Shown here: one piece after another, positions 26,186 to 38,740 of the stretch | Numbering within the stretch: position 1 is the stretch's first letter | Layout of the letters: each line of letters starts with the position of its first letter | Source of the DNA: Camelus dromedarius | Lineage: Eukaryota | NCBI RefSeq assembly: GCF_036321535.1 | Contig: NC_087447.1 | Location: forward strand, 42,782,001-42,846,000 | DNA: 64,000 nucleotides | Direction: 5' to 3' | Notes under the pieces: generated by a model | Databases searched by the model: none | Told to the model about the DNA's origin: nothing | What the model saw: only the letters and a program-made list of their open reading frames with translations | Position numbers and translations under genes: made by a program

Positions 26186-29100
26186 GTGAGTAGGGGAGCA
26201 CTGCTGGGGGAATGGGGCTCACTGGAGGGTAGCATCAAGGGACATCTAATGGCCTGTGTCCTGGGTAGGATTCCTGCCAAATGGAATTGATTATCGTCAT
26301 GATTCTGACAGTCATCCAGGTGAATAATCTGTGCCAAGCTCTCTACAAACAGTGACATCTCAAGGCATTTTTTATGCCCTCTTAGATTTTGGTTACTCAT
26401 CTATAAAGTAATAATACTACATATCCCATAGAGTTTCTGGAGGATTAAATGATATAATAATGTATAAGTGCTCAGATAGTGCCTCACCAAAGCAAAGCAA
26501 AACAAAACAAAACAAAAAACCACCCAATAAACGTTAGCTCCCTCCCTAGGATGGGACAGAAGCTTTCAGAGCTAACAGATAGATGTGCAGCCCTCACTGG
26601 GGCCTCTCAGGTTTTGGCCAAGGCTGGATGCTGATGTCCTAAAATAACCTCTTTTATTAAAGCCACATACCTTTCATAGCCTCTCCTTCTACTGAATCTC
26701 AGGTGGACAGATGTGGCTTTTGGAACCTCAGCCACCAGAATGGATAGCTGTGAGAAGGATGCTCATCTGAGACTGGGACCAGGCTGGTTCCTTCCTGGAT
26801 GTCTCGGCTGTGCACTGCCAGGTGGAGTCCAGCGGAGTGTGGCACACTCAGGGCTGGCCAGCTGCAGTCGTAGCTGTTTGGTCTGTTTAGACCTGGAGTC
26901 TGGATATGGCCGGTAGATTGGGGCACAGGATGGATACCCTGGGGAGTGACTGACATGAACGAGGCAGGAAGAATTCTGTATACCACACGTGCAGAGTTTG
27001 GTCCCAGTGGAAATGGTCAGGATGGACTGTGCCAACTAAACAAAAGTTGTTCAGTTCTGGCTTGTTAACTAAGTAAGAGCTTGGGACTTAGACAAATTGA
27101 ATGTCCACTCTCTGGCAGCAAGAGCAGTAAGAACGTCCCCTGCCCACACATTCCCTGTAAACTGGACTAGAGGTGCTTGTGTACTTGCTTCTCTAAACTG
27201 GATGAGGCTAAGAACGGCCGGGACCAGCTTCCTGGGTAAAGCAAATAGAAAAATAGAACTCGCCCAGCGCACGTTAGTGGCCGAGGCAGAAACAGGTCTA
27301 GATCTCAGTCTTTGTCTTCCATTGTCTGCTTCTGAGGAACCGCTTTGCTGGGCTCTCCTCAGTCTGCTGGCATTTCTTACTCTGCGGTCTGACTGTGACT
27401 ATGTTGGCAGATGGAGACTGGGAATTAAGGTTCCCATTTTTTAATGTGAGACTGTAGGGGTAAAATAAACATTATATATGATTGTATCATATTATTCTTA
27501 AATTAAAGGAAATAGTATATTTAGAACCTGAATTAGAAATTACCGTACCCAGGAGCTCTCAACTCCTTCAGGCATTCTTTTTTTTTTTTCTGATTTCCAC
27601 TGCGTGTGGGGTGGGATGGGGGTGCTGTGTTTACATGAAGTCACAAAGCAGGATCAGAACTGCTGACAGGCACGGCAGTTTCTATTTGCAGTACATAGCT
27701 ACATGTTTTAAACATCTTTACAATTTGCTCTTCTTTAGCTTCCCAGCGTGCTTGCCATCATAACATGACGCATGGTATTTGTAAATATCTGAACCTCTGA
27801 TGTGCCTAAAAAAGCCCTTTTCCCTCTGAGTCTCCCCTTCCTTCCTGCCACATTTCCGCTTGCCTCCCTTCCTCCCTATTTTTCTGGGCTTTGGGCATGG
27901 AGTCATAGGCCTCTGTGGCTAGCTTCATCCTTCTCTCAAAGGCCACAGCTGGACTGTAATTGCTATTTCAAAAGTGTCATCTGGTGGTTTCTGGCTGCCT
28001 TCACCCCCCAGCCACATCTAGGCGGTGTTCTCTGGGCTGAGTAGGGCAGTAAGTCACCAATTCATTTAGGAAGTCGTCAGTGAACTCTGAGGGCTCTCCT
28101 CTTAGGTGCTGGACTCTGTGGTGGACAGTGGGGGATAAAGAGGGATGATCCATTCTCTTTTTTTAAGTTTGGATTGATGACCTTGGTACCCAGATTTCTT
28201 AGTCTGACCTTTCAATAGATGTTTGGCTGTGACTTGGAGCCCTGATCACTGCCAGCCCAGGAGTCCCAGTGTCAAAAGATTCCCAAGTGTGACCAGAACT
28301 TTGGGGAGTGCAGGAGTGCTAGGGCCTTGGGAAGCTGGGCATTTCACGCTCTTGCTGCTCTGGGGACCTTCACAACATCCACATGGAGGCAGAGGAGCTC
28401 AGTGATACTGAGAGGCATTTGCATCTAGCTTTAGGGGCGGGGGACTCTGGGGTATGAAAAACTGGTGGGGAAAGGCACGTGGGACCCTGTGGAACTGCTA
28501 GGATATGTATTTGCAAGACTGTATCCTTAATTTGAATAAGACTTCACCTGTGCCACCATTAAGCCAGTTTGGGTTAAGTATCCTGGATTCCATTCCATTA
28601 TTAGGTTTTTATGGGTGTTTTGCTAATTTATTCTCTTTCTTTTCCTTTACAGCCCAGTCTTGATTTGGCAGGATATGTAGGAGGAGGAAACCTAAACCAT
28701 TCATTTGCCCCCCAGAGCTTTGCTTTTTGCTGTATTTTGGTCTTCTGGAGCAGGTTTCCCTTTCTCCTTGTTGGTGAGGCCAAAGGGGAACAGTGCTTCA
28801 CTCTTAGCAGCTTCACCTCCCCACAGGCTGCTCCCACTCCAGCGCATAAGATTTGGCTGCATCCATTTTGGGGTGTGGGAGATGAGATTCTCAGAGTTCC
28901 TCTGAATTCCAGAGGTCAGGCTTTATGATATTAGTGTTGACCTGGGTGGGACTCAAAGCAGCTTGGTGACTTGTAAACAAGATAGTGTTATATTCGGAGC
29001 TACTTCAGCTACCTAGATGGGGTGAACTTTGCCACTTGTTGCTCTCAGGAGATTTCACTTGTGCTGTAAGGCTTGGCAGGCACTGGGGGCTGTCTCAGAA

Positions 29101-29902
29101 GATTTGTGCCTGCTGATTTACTCAGCAGGTTCTTCACTATGAAACTCCAGCATTTGGGTCATTGTGACTTGGAAATAAATGCAGGCTGTCACAATTGTGT
29201 TCTGGGAGCCTTACTTCTGGACGGATGGATGTATGGGAAACTTGAGTGTCTATAAAAGTGTAGACTTCTTCGGGTCAAGGACTGACTGACTTCTGTTTCC
29301 TCCAAGCCTGGGACAATAGAAGACTGCACATACTATTTTGGAGTATGAGAGGTGGAGGGGGTCTTGGGATGCATTTGGCTCAATTACTTGATGTTATGTA
29401 TGAACAAGCTAAAGTCCATGCAGGTGGTTGACAGTGGAACCATAATTTCAACTCACATTTGCAGGTTTCTGTGCAAAGGGAGGCCTTGGTTTATGATATG
29501 GTGAAATCCGAAGAGGTTTCGAGGCCCCCCTGACAAAATGAGTAGAGAGTTGGAGCCTTTGCCATAGACTTCAGGAAGAGGGTAGGGGCTTGCAGAGAAG
29601 AAAATCTCCGGAGAGTAGGGGTTATGGGTAGAAGATGCTGTTGCAGAGCCTGTCCTGGCCACAGCACACCAGACGGACCTGTGGCCTTAGGGGCCTCCAG
29701 TCACCTGGGATGCTTTCTAGAATCTAACTGTGTATCATCAGTATTATCTGATTATTTACTGCTGCATAACAAATGACCCTAAACTTAGTGGCTTTAAACA
29801 TTAACGGCCATTTATTTTGGCTCACAAATTGCAGTCTGGGTAGGGCTCAGTAGGGAAAGCTTATCTCTATACCTTGTGGCATCAGTAGGAGTGGCTTGAA
29901 CT

Positions 29903-30434
29903 CAGGGAACCTGTTTACTCACTAGATTACCAGGTTATTACCAAGGGTCTTAAAGGATACAGATCAACAGCCAGGTGAAGAGATACAAAGGGTGAGGTCT
30001 CTAACAAAGGAGCTTTTGTCCCCATGGAGCTTGGGCCTGGCATGTTGGCAGGTGAAGCATCCTGGTTCACCAGCCTGGAAGCTCTCTGAACCCTGCCCTT
30101 TTGGGCTTTTATGGTGGCTTCATATACATAGGTGTTATTGATTAACACATTGGCCATTGGTGATTGAATCAACCTCTGACCCCCCTCTTCCCTCCTCAGA
30201 GGTGGGAGGTGGAGGGACTGAAAGCTGCAAATCCTCTAATCACAAGGCTGGTTCTTCTGGCAGCCAGCCCCCAACCTTAGGTGCGGTCCCAAAGTCGCTT
30301 CATTAACATAACAAAAGACACCTTGATTGTTGTCATCACTTAGGGAAATTTTAAGGGTTTTATTAGGAGCTATGTGCCAGAAGTGGGGAAGAAGACCAAA
30401 TATGTGTTTCTTACTATAAATCATAGCATCACAC
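29903..30434 (-). mobile_element. MER21-like solo LTR inserted in the MaLR 3' LTR
   Basis: aaaggatacagatcaacagccaggtgaagagatac, cattggccattggtgattgaatcaacc; ends ...atcaca (TGTGAT on minus strand). Confidence 0.7.
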
Positions 30435-32028
30435 AAGGGGAGAGAAAACAGTTCCACTTGATGAGAGAAATATCAGTATCACATTGTGAGATGGGCATGT
30501 GAGATGGGATATGTTGTGGTCACTGTCTTTGGAAAATACCAGCTGCCCCTGGTCTGCTCTCTGGTCACAAAAATTCACATCCTTCCCACATGCAAAATAC
30601 ACTAAGTCTCTCCTCTAAGATCCCAAGCCTTATCCCATTAATAGCATCAGCTTGAAGTATAAGATCTCATCATTTAAATCAGGTCCAGCTAAAGATGAGA
30701 ATGTTTGGGTACAGTCCCTTTCATTGTGTGTATTTCTTTGAGTACTATTCCTCTTGATCTGAAGACCTATAAACTAACAAGACTATATATATGCCACCCA
30801 AAATACACTGGTAATACAGGCTTAGGGTAACCACTGAAGATACTTTTCAAAAAGGGGAAAACTGGAGGCCACTCAGCAGTTACTGGCCCATAACTGCATA
30901 TATTCATTGAGACACATGTTGCCAATTCCTTGAGTAGGTCTTGGTCCTACTGCTTGAGAGTCATTTTTCTTGTCTGTAGCTCCAGGGCTTTTGGTTCTAC
31001 CCTCTAAGTCATTCTTCCTTTTTCATAAAAAGTAGCCCATTCTTGCAGGTGAGTAGTTTTCTCCATCTGCTTCATGCCCATAATATTTCAAGGGTCCAAA
31101 GTCTTCCTTTCATTTTATACTATCTGTTCTTTTCAGTCCAGCTAATATACTTCCTTTAGAAACTTTGTGGGCTTCTTATGAATCACTTTATAATCCACTG
31201 CTCAGTAGGCAAAAGGCACATGTACAGATCACTTCCGGGTGATTTTTCCCTGTGAGATTGCTACGGGACAATGGTTCTTAAGAGTTATAGAAGTCTTATT
31301 ATTTACAGAGGATCTGCAAGGCTCACCCTTAAGAATCTTAGAAAACCTTTGCCTGTCTGTCTGTAAGATTCTATGAGGCAACAATTTAAATCTTTTTTTT
31401 AGATCTTGAAAAAGGATCTTTCAGTCCCACTCTAGATTTTTTAAAAAAGATTTATGAGGGATAATTAAAGTACAATAAACTTGCAGTTTAAGGTATACAG
31501 TTTGATAAGTTCACACACACACTGTGTAACCTTTATCACAATCTGGAAGCCATTTCTTAATTTGAGAATTTTTTTTCTTGTCTAGAGAGACAGAGAATAA
31601 AACAGGTTTTATTTTCTAACACACAAAACCCTTTCTCATTTATATTTCCTTTAAATTTTGTTACAAAACTGAACAGTTTCCTTTCTGGCTCACCTCTTTT
31701 CTCTTTTACTAGAGCCCCTAGAAGTCATCAGTTGGCCCCTTCAGCACTCTGCCCGGAAATGTCTTTGGCTGGTTCATCTAATATATTAGGTATATTTCCT
31801 ATTTCCCGTGTTACCACAGGTGACAGAGTTACCAAACTTTTCAACATTATGAGGGTACCCTTTCCTCTAACTTCTAATAACATTTTCCTTATTTTCCCTG
31901 AAGCCCCCATCCCCGCAACAGGCATCACTCGGTCCCAAACTCAGTGTTTCAACAGCACCCGACTTTTAGGTACTGAAATTGGTGCCATTTATCTACTGCC
32001 ACATAACTACCCCAAAATTTATAGTGTA

Positions 32029-32182
32029 GTCTTTTTTTTTTTAAGTTTTTTTTTTTTTGGTGGGGGTATGTAATTAAGTTTATGTATTTATTTATTCATT
32101 TATTTATTTTTAGTGGAGGTACTGGGGATTGAACCCAGGACCTCGTGCATGCTCTGCCACTGAGCGATACCCTCTCTCCTCT
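32029..32182 (-). mobile_element. tRNA-derived SINE, Vic-1-like, nested in a MaLR LTR
   Basis: Same body as 14618-14748 with a short internal deletion. 16-bp TSD CAAAATTTATAGTGTA at 32013-32028 and 32183-32198. Confidence 0.88.
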
Positions 32183-33885
32183 CAAAATTTATAGTGTAAA
32201 ACAATCATTTTATTATGCTCACAGACTCCGTAGAGACTGCAGGGATGGCTGGTCCCTGCTTACAATGTCTGAGGACTCAGCTGGAAAGACCTCAAAGCTT
32301 AGGGGGACTCAGTGGCTAGGGGCCGGTGTCTCCTGGAGGGGTCTTACTTCACATGTCTGGGGGTCCATGCTGGCTGTTGCTGGGACCTCAGTCAGGACAC
32401 CTATGTGCCCTCTCCACAGGGCCTCGGCGTCCTCACAGCATGGGGGATAGGAAGTAAGAGCTGCTGGTTTCTTGAGGCCTGGGCCTAAAAAGTGGCACAG
32501 ATTGATTTCTACCATGTTCTATTGGTTAAGCAGTCACAGAGCCCATATTCAAGAGAAAAGATCATTTTGACAACAGGCATGTCAGAGAATTTGGAGACCA
32601 TGTTTAAAAACCATATAAATGTCTTTAGCATGGTTTCCTGGAATTACATTTCTCTCCCTCTTGGCTTTGCATAGTGCCTGGTTCTGCTTGAACAGCAGTC
32701 CCATTTTTACTGGACTAGGGCACTGGGGATGTTCCTGTAAGGCATCATTTTTACCTGCCTCAGAGAGGGCTTCTTTTCTTATAAATACTCTATATTCATT
32801 GCTGCAGCATCCTAGAGGGCTTGGGATTCCCTCCCAGAGAGGAGCTCAGCAGTCCTTTTTGTGTTTCCCTAGAAATCATCTGGGGGGCAGGCAGGAATGG
32901 CTTTGGTAGAATCTTAGATGTGCTTTCTGGAGGCAAAAAGATGACTCAGTTTCTGCTCTGACCCTAGCTACCATTCTACTTACTCTGACAAGCTGTGAGT
33001 GGCTTCAGGAGTCTCTGTAGGTAGTGGCCCAGGTGTAGCCCCACTTGGAGGATGAGGCTGTCCTGGACCCTGTTGTGGGCTTCCAGCCATTTGAGATGAG
33101 GCTGCTTTGGAAACAGGACGGTCAAGTTGTGAGTGTCACTTTTTTTTTTTTAATTTTTATCAGGACTGTCCCAGAGTGGGATGTCAGCTTCTGAGCTGAG
33201 CCCCTGCTCTGGCTTGGGGAACAAACTTCTGGACTTGCTGATAGGACTCAGCATCTTTCCTCCCTTTCCTCCTCTGAGCCTCAGAATATGGCCTTGGGGG
33301 AGTGCAGTGAGAATGCCACCTCCAGAGTTGGGGCGGTCACTTAGTGATGGGAGGATGCTGATGCCCACTGAGCTGACAGGGCCCACCTTAGTTGATCATC
33401 CCTGGAATGGTGGATGGCCACCTCCTACGCAGCTTCCTTTGAGAGTGGGCAAGACACCTGCTTGGTAGGGACTAGACATATTGGAAGCTGGACCCTGTGT
33501 AACCTTAACCTGCAGACAGGCTCACTTCATGGCACCCACAGCTCATCTTAGTGTCTCTGTGGCTATTTCCTGGACTCCCAGGAATCTGCCCCAATTACCC
33601 CAACTTGGTCTTCTCCCAATACTGATACTTTCAGAAGCTCTGTGGCCAGAACATGCTGAGTTCAGAAGTGTCTTGTCATCAAGAACTGAAGATAGCCTTC
33701 CCTCCAAAAAAGTCCCTGGGTGAACTTGACAATACATGGGGCACCCCTTGGCATGAATGCTTCCTGCTATGTTACTGAGAACGGCCCAGGTCACTAATGA
33801 CCGAGGGTTGGGCCATATTCTTGTGAAATAATATCAGAGGGAAGGACATGTATTTTGTACTTTTAATTCTTTCTTTCTGTCTATG

Positions 33886-33888
<3 letters not shown>

Positions 33889-33931
<43 letters not shown>

Positions 33932-34018
33932 TTTCTGTTTAAGTTTGTTTCTCTTTTCATACCTTAATTCATGCCCTCTCTGTCCTATCCTAAATGCATA
34001 ATTATCTGCGTGTGCGTG

Positions 34019-34054
<36 letters not shown>
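33889..34054. repeat. (AC)20 and (TG)17 microsatellites in inverted orientation
   Basis: (AC)20 at 33889-33928; (TG)17 at 34021-34054, preceded by tgcgtgtgcgtgca. Confidence 0.95.
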
Positions 34055-34057
<3 letters not shown>

Positions 34058-34764
34058 ATGCGCCTCTGTTAAATTTCCTTTGCCTTCTCCCCCCTTTCCT
34101 TCTCTCTTTCTCCTTGGATCTTTCATCTAAGCCCCCTCTCCTGTAAACCTCAGTTTTGGCCCGTCACAGCTGCAGCGTTGGCATCTGTACCTGTATGGAG
34201 CAGCAGAGCTGGCTGCCTGTAGACGAGGCAGTGGCACCAGTTTCACAGTGTGTGATTCCCCAGGGCTAAGCGCTGAGATTTTAGAATAAGGAGAAGGAGG
34301 TGAAAAGAGCAGAGTCTTAAGTGTCTTTTAGCTGTTTGTATTTACTTTTCTTTTATATTTCTTCTGTCTTCATGGAATTATTAATGATGTTCAGACACTT
34401 TTAAAATTTACATCATCTTATACACAGCTAGTATACTAAGGTGAGGGTACTCAGAGCAAGTTTTCACTCTGTCTTGTAGATGGAGAACCTGAGGCTCAGA
34501 ATTTAGGTGACTTGCTCAGGAGCACACCCAGGAAGTGATGGAACCAGGACCAGAGCAGAACTCTAGAGGTCTCTAGACTCTTAGTCTAGGGTACGAATTT
34601 TGCCTTATGGGGGAGGGTTTTGGGGACTGACAGCCATGCTGGGTGGCACTAAGTGCTTTGTGTGCCTTTCTGTGTTGTTCTTCCTGTCACATGGCACAAA
34701 GAGGGAGGCGGGGTGGTCTGGAAACAATACCCTGGGTAGGCATAAGGAGGCCCAGGTTCTGATC

Positions 34765-35560
34765 ATTTATTTTCTATTCATTTATTTAGTCATTTAGCAC
34801 AAATACATTAATTCTTACTAAATTCTAGGTGCCGTGCAAAGAGTGGGGGATATTAAGATGAACAAGACAATGTCACCACCTTTAAGTAGGTTCATTGGTA
34901 GTCTAGTAAAGGAGGAAGGTGAGGAAATACTATAGTCCAGTAAAGTGTTACAAGTACCATAATAGACATTTTTCCGGGCATCAAAAATTAGACATCTCTA
35001 CCTGAGCTAAGCAGGTGGAGTCAAGAGAAATTCCATAAAGGAGCTACAGAGATATCTAAATGGACAAGCCAGTACTCCAGGCAAAGGAAACAGAATGTGT
35101 GAAGGCCTAGAGTTGTAAGAGCAAGGAGTCTGATGTGACTAAGAGTGTGAAGTGGGTTTGTTTAGAAGAAAAGACAGTATGAGATGATGAAGGAAAAATA
35201 GGAAACCAGATCATGAGGGGCCTGTGGTCCCTGCCAGTGAATTTGCATTTCATTCTGTAGACAGTGGAGAGTTTGAAACATGATGAGTTTTGTATTTTAG
35301 AAAGATGTCAGAAGACAAGGGGATGGGCTGGAACTGGGTTAAGATCCAAGGCAGAGAGAGAAATTAAGAGATTATTGTAATAGTCTCGGTGAAAGATAAC
35401 ATCTGAGTCAAGCCAGCAGCAGTATCAGTGGGGATGGCGAGGAGAGGGACAGATCTGAGAGACGTGAAGGATTTAGAACTGATAGGACTTAATCATCACG
35501 TGGATCATTGAGTTTGAGGAGGAAGCTGGATCCAGATGCTTGAAGGCGGAGTATACGAAG
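34765..35560 (-). mobile_element. L2 fragment
   Basis: cattcatttatt-like tail, aagatgaacaagaca, agatcatgaggggcct, ttttagaaagat. Confidence 0.7.
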
Positions 35561-35849
35561 AACAAATCTGGGCCTTTTCTTCCCTCTGTGGAATGAGTTG
35601 GAAATCCATGCAGCAGTCAGGGCCAGGGATGAAGGAAGAATAAAGCCGCATGGGGATGAGATTGTGTGAGAAGACACTCGCCTTGGTGCATGGGAATGAG
35701 AGCAGATGGGCTTCTTCAGTCTCGGGCCAGCCCTTGTCGGGGGGGGCACTGGTTCCCCAGCCCCCTCACTGCCGGCTCACTGCTCCCTCCTGCACTTGTC
35801 CTCTTGTCCTGCGTTAACAGCTTTTCCCTCTCTGCTGGGTCGTTCCAGC

Positions 35850-37155
35850 CATCATTGAAGCATGCTGTGCTGTCTCTGCGCAGCAGAATGCTGTTACCCC
35901 CGTTCCCCTCTGACTACCACCTCATGTCCTTGCTCCCCTCTGAAAGAATTGTCTGAGCTCTTTGTCTCCACTTCTACTCTTCCATGTTCTTGAATTCCTT
36001 CCAGTCAGGCTTCCCTTCCTACTTCTCCACCAGAATCTCTTTTCACCCTGCCTCCATGTGGCTAAATCTGATGCTCATTCTGTAGTCTTTCCCTTACTCA
36101 GTTGTTGGCAGATTTGACTTAGTTAATCACTCCCTAGTTCTTGAAGGTCTCAGGCTATCCCTCCCCATGGCTTCCTCCCTCCCTCACTGCGTGCTCTTCT
36201 CAGCCAGTCTGCTTTACTAGTTCTTCCTCCTCTGCCTGACCTCGAAACACTGAAATGCCCCAGGGTGCAGCCCTTGGACTTCTCTAGGTACACTTGCTCC
36301 CAAGATGATCTCATCTAGTCATAGAGTTTTAGATAATATCTACATACTACTGATGGATCCCAAACGGAAATGTGTAACCCTGACTCCTTTCTACTAGGTG
36401 CTCGGGCCAAAAGCTGTGATTCATCCTTGACTTCTCTTTGTCTCTCATACCTCTCCTCCACTCCGTCAGCAGAGCTGATTGGCACAGTCCTCAAAACAGA
36501 TCCATCTATGCCGTTGCCGTTCTAACCCAAGCCATCACAACCTCTCGTCTGGACTGTTACAGTGGCCTTTAGTAATCTCCCTGCGGCCGCCCCTGCATCC
36601 CTGCACTTCACTCTCTGCTGCCGAGTCGGAGCATGTCGTTCTGCTCACGCTCCTTCAAGAGCTTCCTTTCTCTCTCAGACTAAAAGCCCAAGTCTTACTG
36701 TCGGTCCATAGATTCTCCGGTGCCTCTGACTAAGCTCCAGCCCACTCCTCCTCTTCTCCCTCCGCTCTCGCTGCACCGGCCCCTTTGCTGCCCCTGACTG
36801 TATGCAGTGGCATCAAGCCTTTGCCCTGCTGCTCCTTTTGCCTGGAACGTTCCTCCCCTGGGTACACACACTGCTGACTTCCTTAGGGTTATGTTCACAT
36901 GGTCCTTGGCAGAGGGGCCTTCCCTGATCTCCCTCACTGTTAAGCTCTATCCCTTTACCCTGCTCTATTCCGCTGCACCTGCCCCATAACCACCTCACAG
37001 GGTTTTTCTTGTCTGTTTACTCAAAACAGATAAAGCCGTACTGTCTCCCTCCACCAGAATGTAACCTGTAGAGAGAGACTTTGTCTATTTTTAATCTGCT
37101 GATCCTTAATGCCTGAAATAGTACCTGGTATAGAGTTGGTGCTCAATAAATACCA
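35850..37155 (+). mobile_element. L2 fragment ~1.3 kb
   Basis: ccagtcaggcttc, catccttgacttctct, tttgcctggaacgttcctccc, ccagaatgtaa...gttggtgctcaataaat. Confidence 0.8.
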
Positions 37156-37944
37156 ACTATATACCAGGTTGAATGGCTGAAGAGCCAAGGTGTGTCTCAA
37201 GCCTAGTACAGCTATCACAGTGTGGCCGGCGGGGTATGTGGCTTCCTTTGTTCCTTTGTTCAGGGTTCAGGGAAGGTTGGCCAGGAGCTGTCCCAGGAAC
37301 CCTGAAGAAGTGAAGCTGGAGACTCACAGTGGCAGATGGGAGACCAGCCCCCAAAGAAGGCTTTGTCCAGGTGCTTGGCTTCCTAATGCAGCCTGGGTCC
37401 AGGCACTGACACTCTTGGCCATAGTTTTCCCTTGTGCAACAGGGGGAGGATTATCTTTCTTTCACTTCCAACCTCAGTTTGAGGAACTGGGAAACAACTA
37501 GAGAGTGAAACTGAAGTCCAAGAGGAGCACGCTTTCCCATTTATGCCAAGGAGATGCCACTTGTTGTGTAAACTCATTGTCACAAGGACACAAGCATCCT
37601 GACTGCTAGCCCCCAGTGTGTTCCTCCTTAAGCCTCCCTGTGCTCTAGGTAACAGAGTCTCCTGGCCCCTCCTTCAACCTGGGAGCAAGCACCATTGGAA
37701 GCTAATTCTTGGGATTGCAGAACTAGCTTCGTTTCCAGGCAGTGTGCAGGGGAGACTCCCAAAAGAGGGCCAGAGCCTTGAGTAGAGAGAGAGAGAAGAA
37801 GAGAGATACAGTCCAGACCTCCAGACTTTGGCAGCTGGTCTGCAGGGAAGCAGAGGAGAGAGGCATGGGGATGGAAGGCCCAGGGCAGTGGCCTTCGGTT
37901 GGATGGGGCGGGCCAGTTACATGCAAGCTCTGCCTTCCCCACCT

Positions 37945-38420
37945 GCATCGTTTTACTATTGCAGTGTAGCAAACCACCCTAAGACTTAATGGCTTAGAAG
38001 AATCTATTATTTTTCACATTTCTTTGTGTTCACTGGGCAGTTCCTCTTCTGGTTTCCCCTGGGCCCACTCATGTAGCTGGGTTCAGTTGGGTCCAAGATG
38101 ACCTCACTCATGTGTCAGGCTCACGTGGTGGCTGGCTGTCGGCTGAGGTGCCTCTGTTATGCTGCGCAGCGCCTCTCATGCTCTAAAAGACTGGACTGGC
38201 ATTTTTATGTGACAGTCTCAGGGCAGCATTCCAAGTGTGTGAAGGTAAAAACTGCAGGGCTTCTTGAGGTTTCAAGTTTTGGAACCCAGGCAACTTATTT
38301 TTCACCATATTCTATTGGTCAAAGCAAATCACAAGGTCAACCTAGATTCAAGAGGCAGAAGAATAGACTCTGCCTTGATAACGTGAGCTGCAAAGACGTT
38401 ATGGCCTTATTTAGTTTACT
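37945..38420 (-). mobile_element. MLT1-type solo LTR
   Basis: ctattgcagtgtagcaaaccaccctaagacttaatggcttag...attctattggtcaaagcaaatcacaagg...cctagattcaag. Confidence 0.75.
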
Positions 38421-38529
38421 CTTTTCCCCTCCCACCCCAATGTTTAGAATCCAAGAATAGAGGAAAACTGCTTTTAAAAGTTTGCCGAGTAATTATGCTG
38501 AATTATCAGCTGCTTATTGATACTAGTAA

Positions 38530-38740
38530 TCATTGAGCTAAGACTGAGTACTGTGTGTTAGCCACTGAGCTCAGCACTTGATGTGTATTGTCTGTATTCC
38601 TTCCAACAGCCCTCTGAGGTATGTGTTCCTTTTAACCTCTGTTTTACAGATAAGGAAATTGAGGCTTAAGGAGTTATTTGCTCAAAATCATGTAACTTGT
38701 TAGTAGTTATGCTGGAACTTAAACCCTATGGCCATGGTGT
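38530..38740 (-). mobile_element. MIR
   Basis: ctgttttacagataaggaaattgaggcttaagg core. Confidence 0.7.

Larger units (their letters stand above)
29735..32615 (-). mobile_element. MaLR (MLT1-type) element with LTR-internal-LTR structure and nested insertions
   Basis: Two similar LTR ends (ctgctgcataacaaatgaccctaaacttagtggc ~29760; ctactgccacataactaccccaaaatt ~31993). MaLR internal-like sequence ~30550-31980, whose minus-strand start reads aatttcagtacctaaaagtcgggtgctg. Confidence 0.7.
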
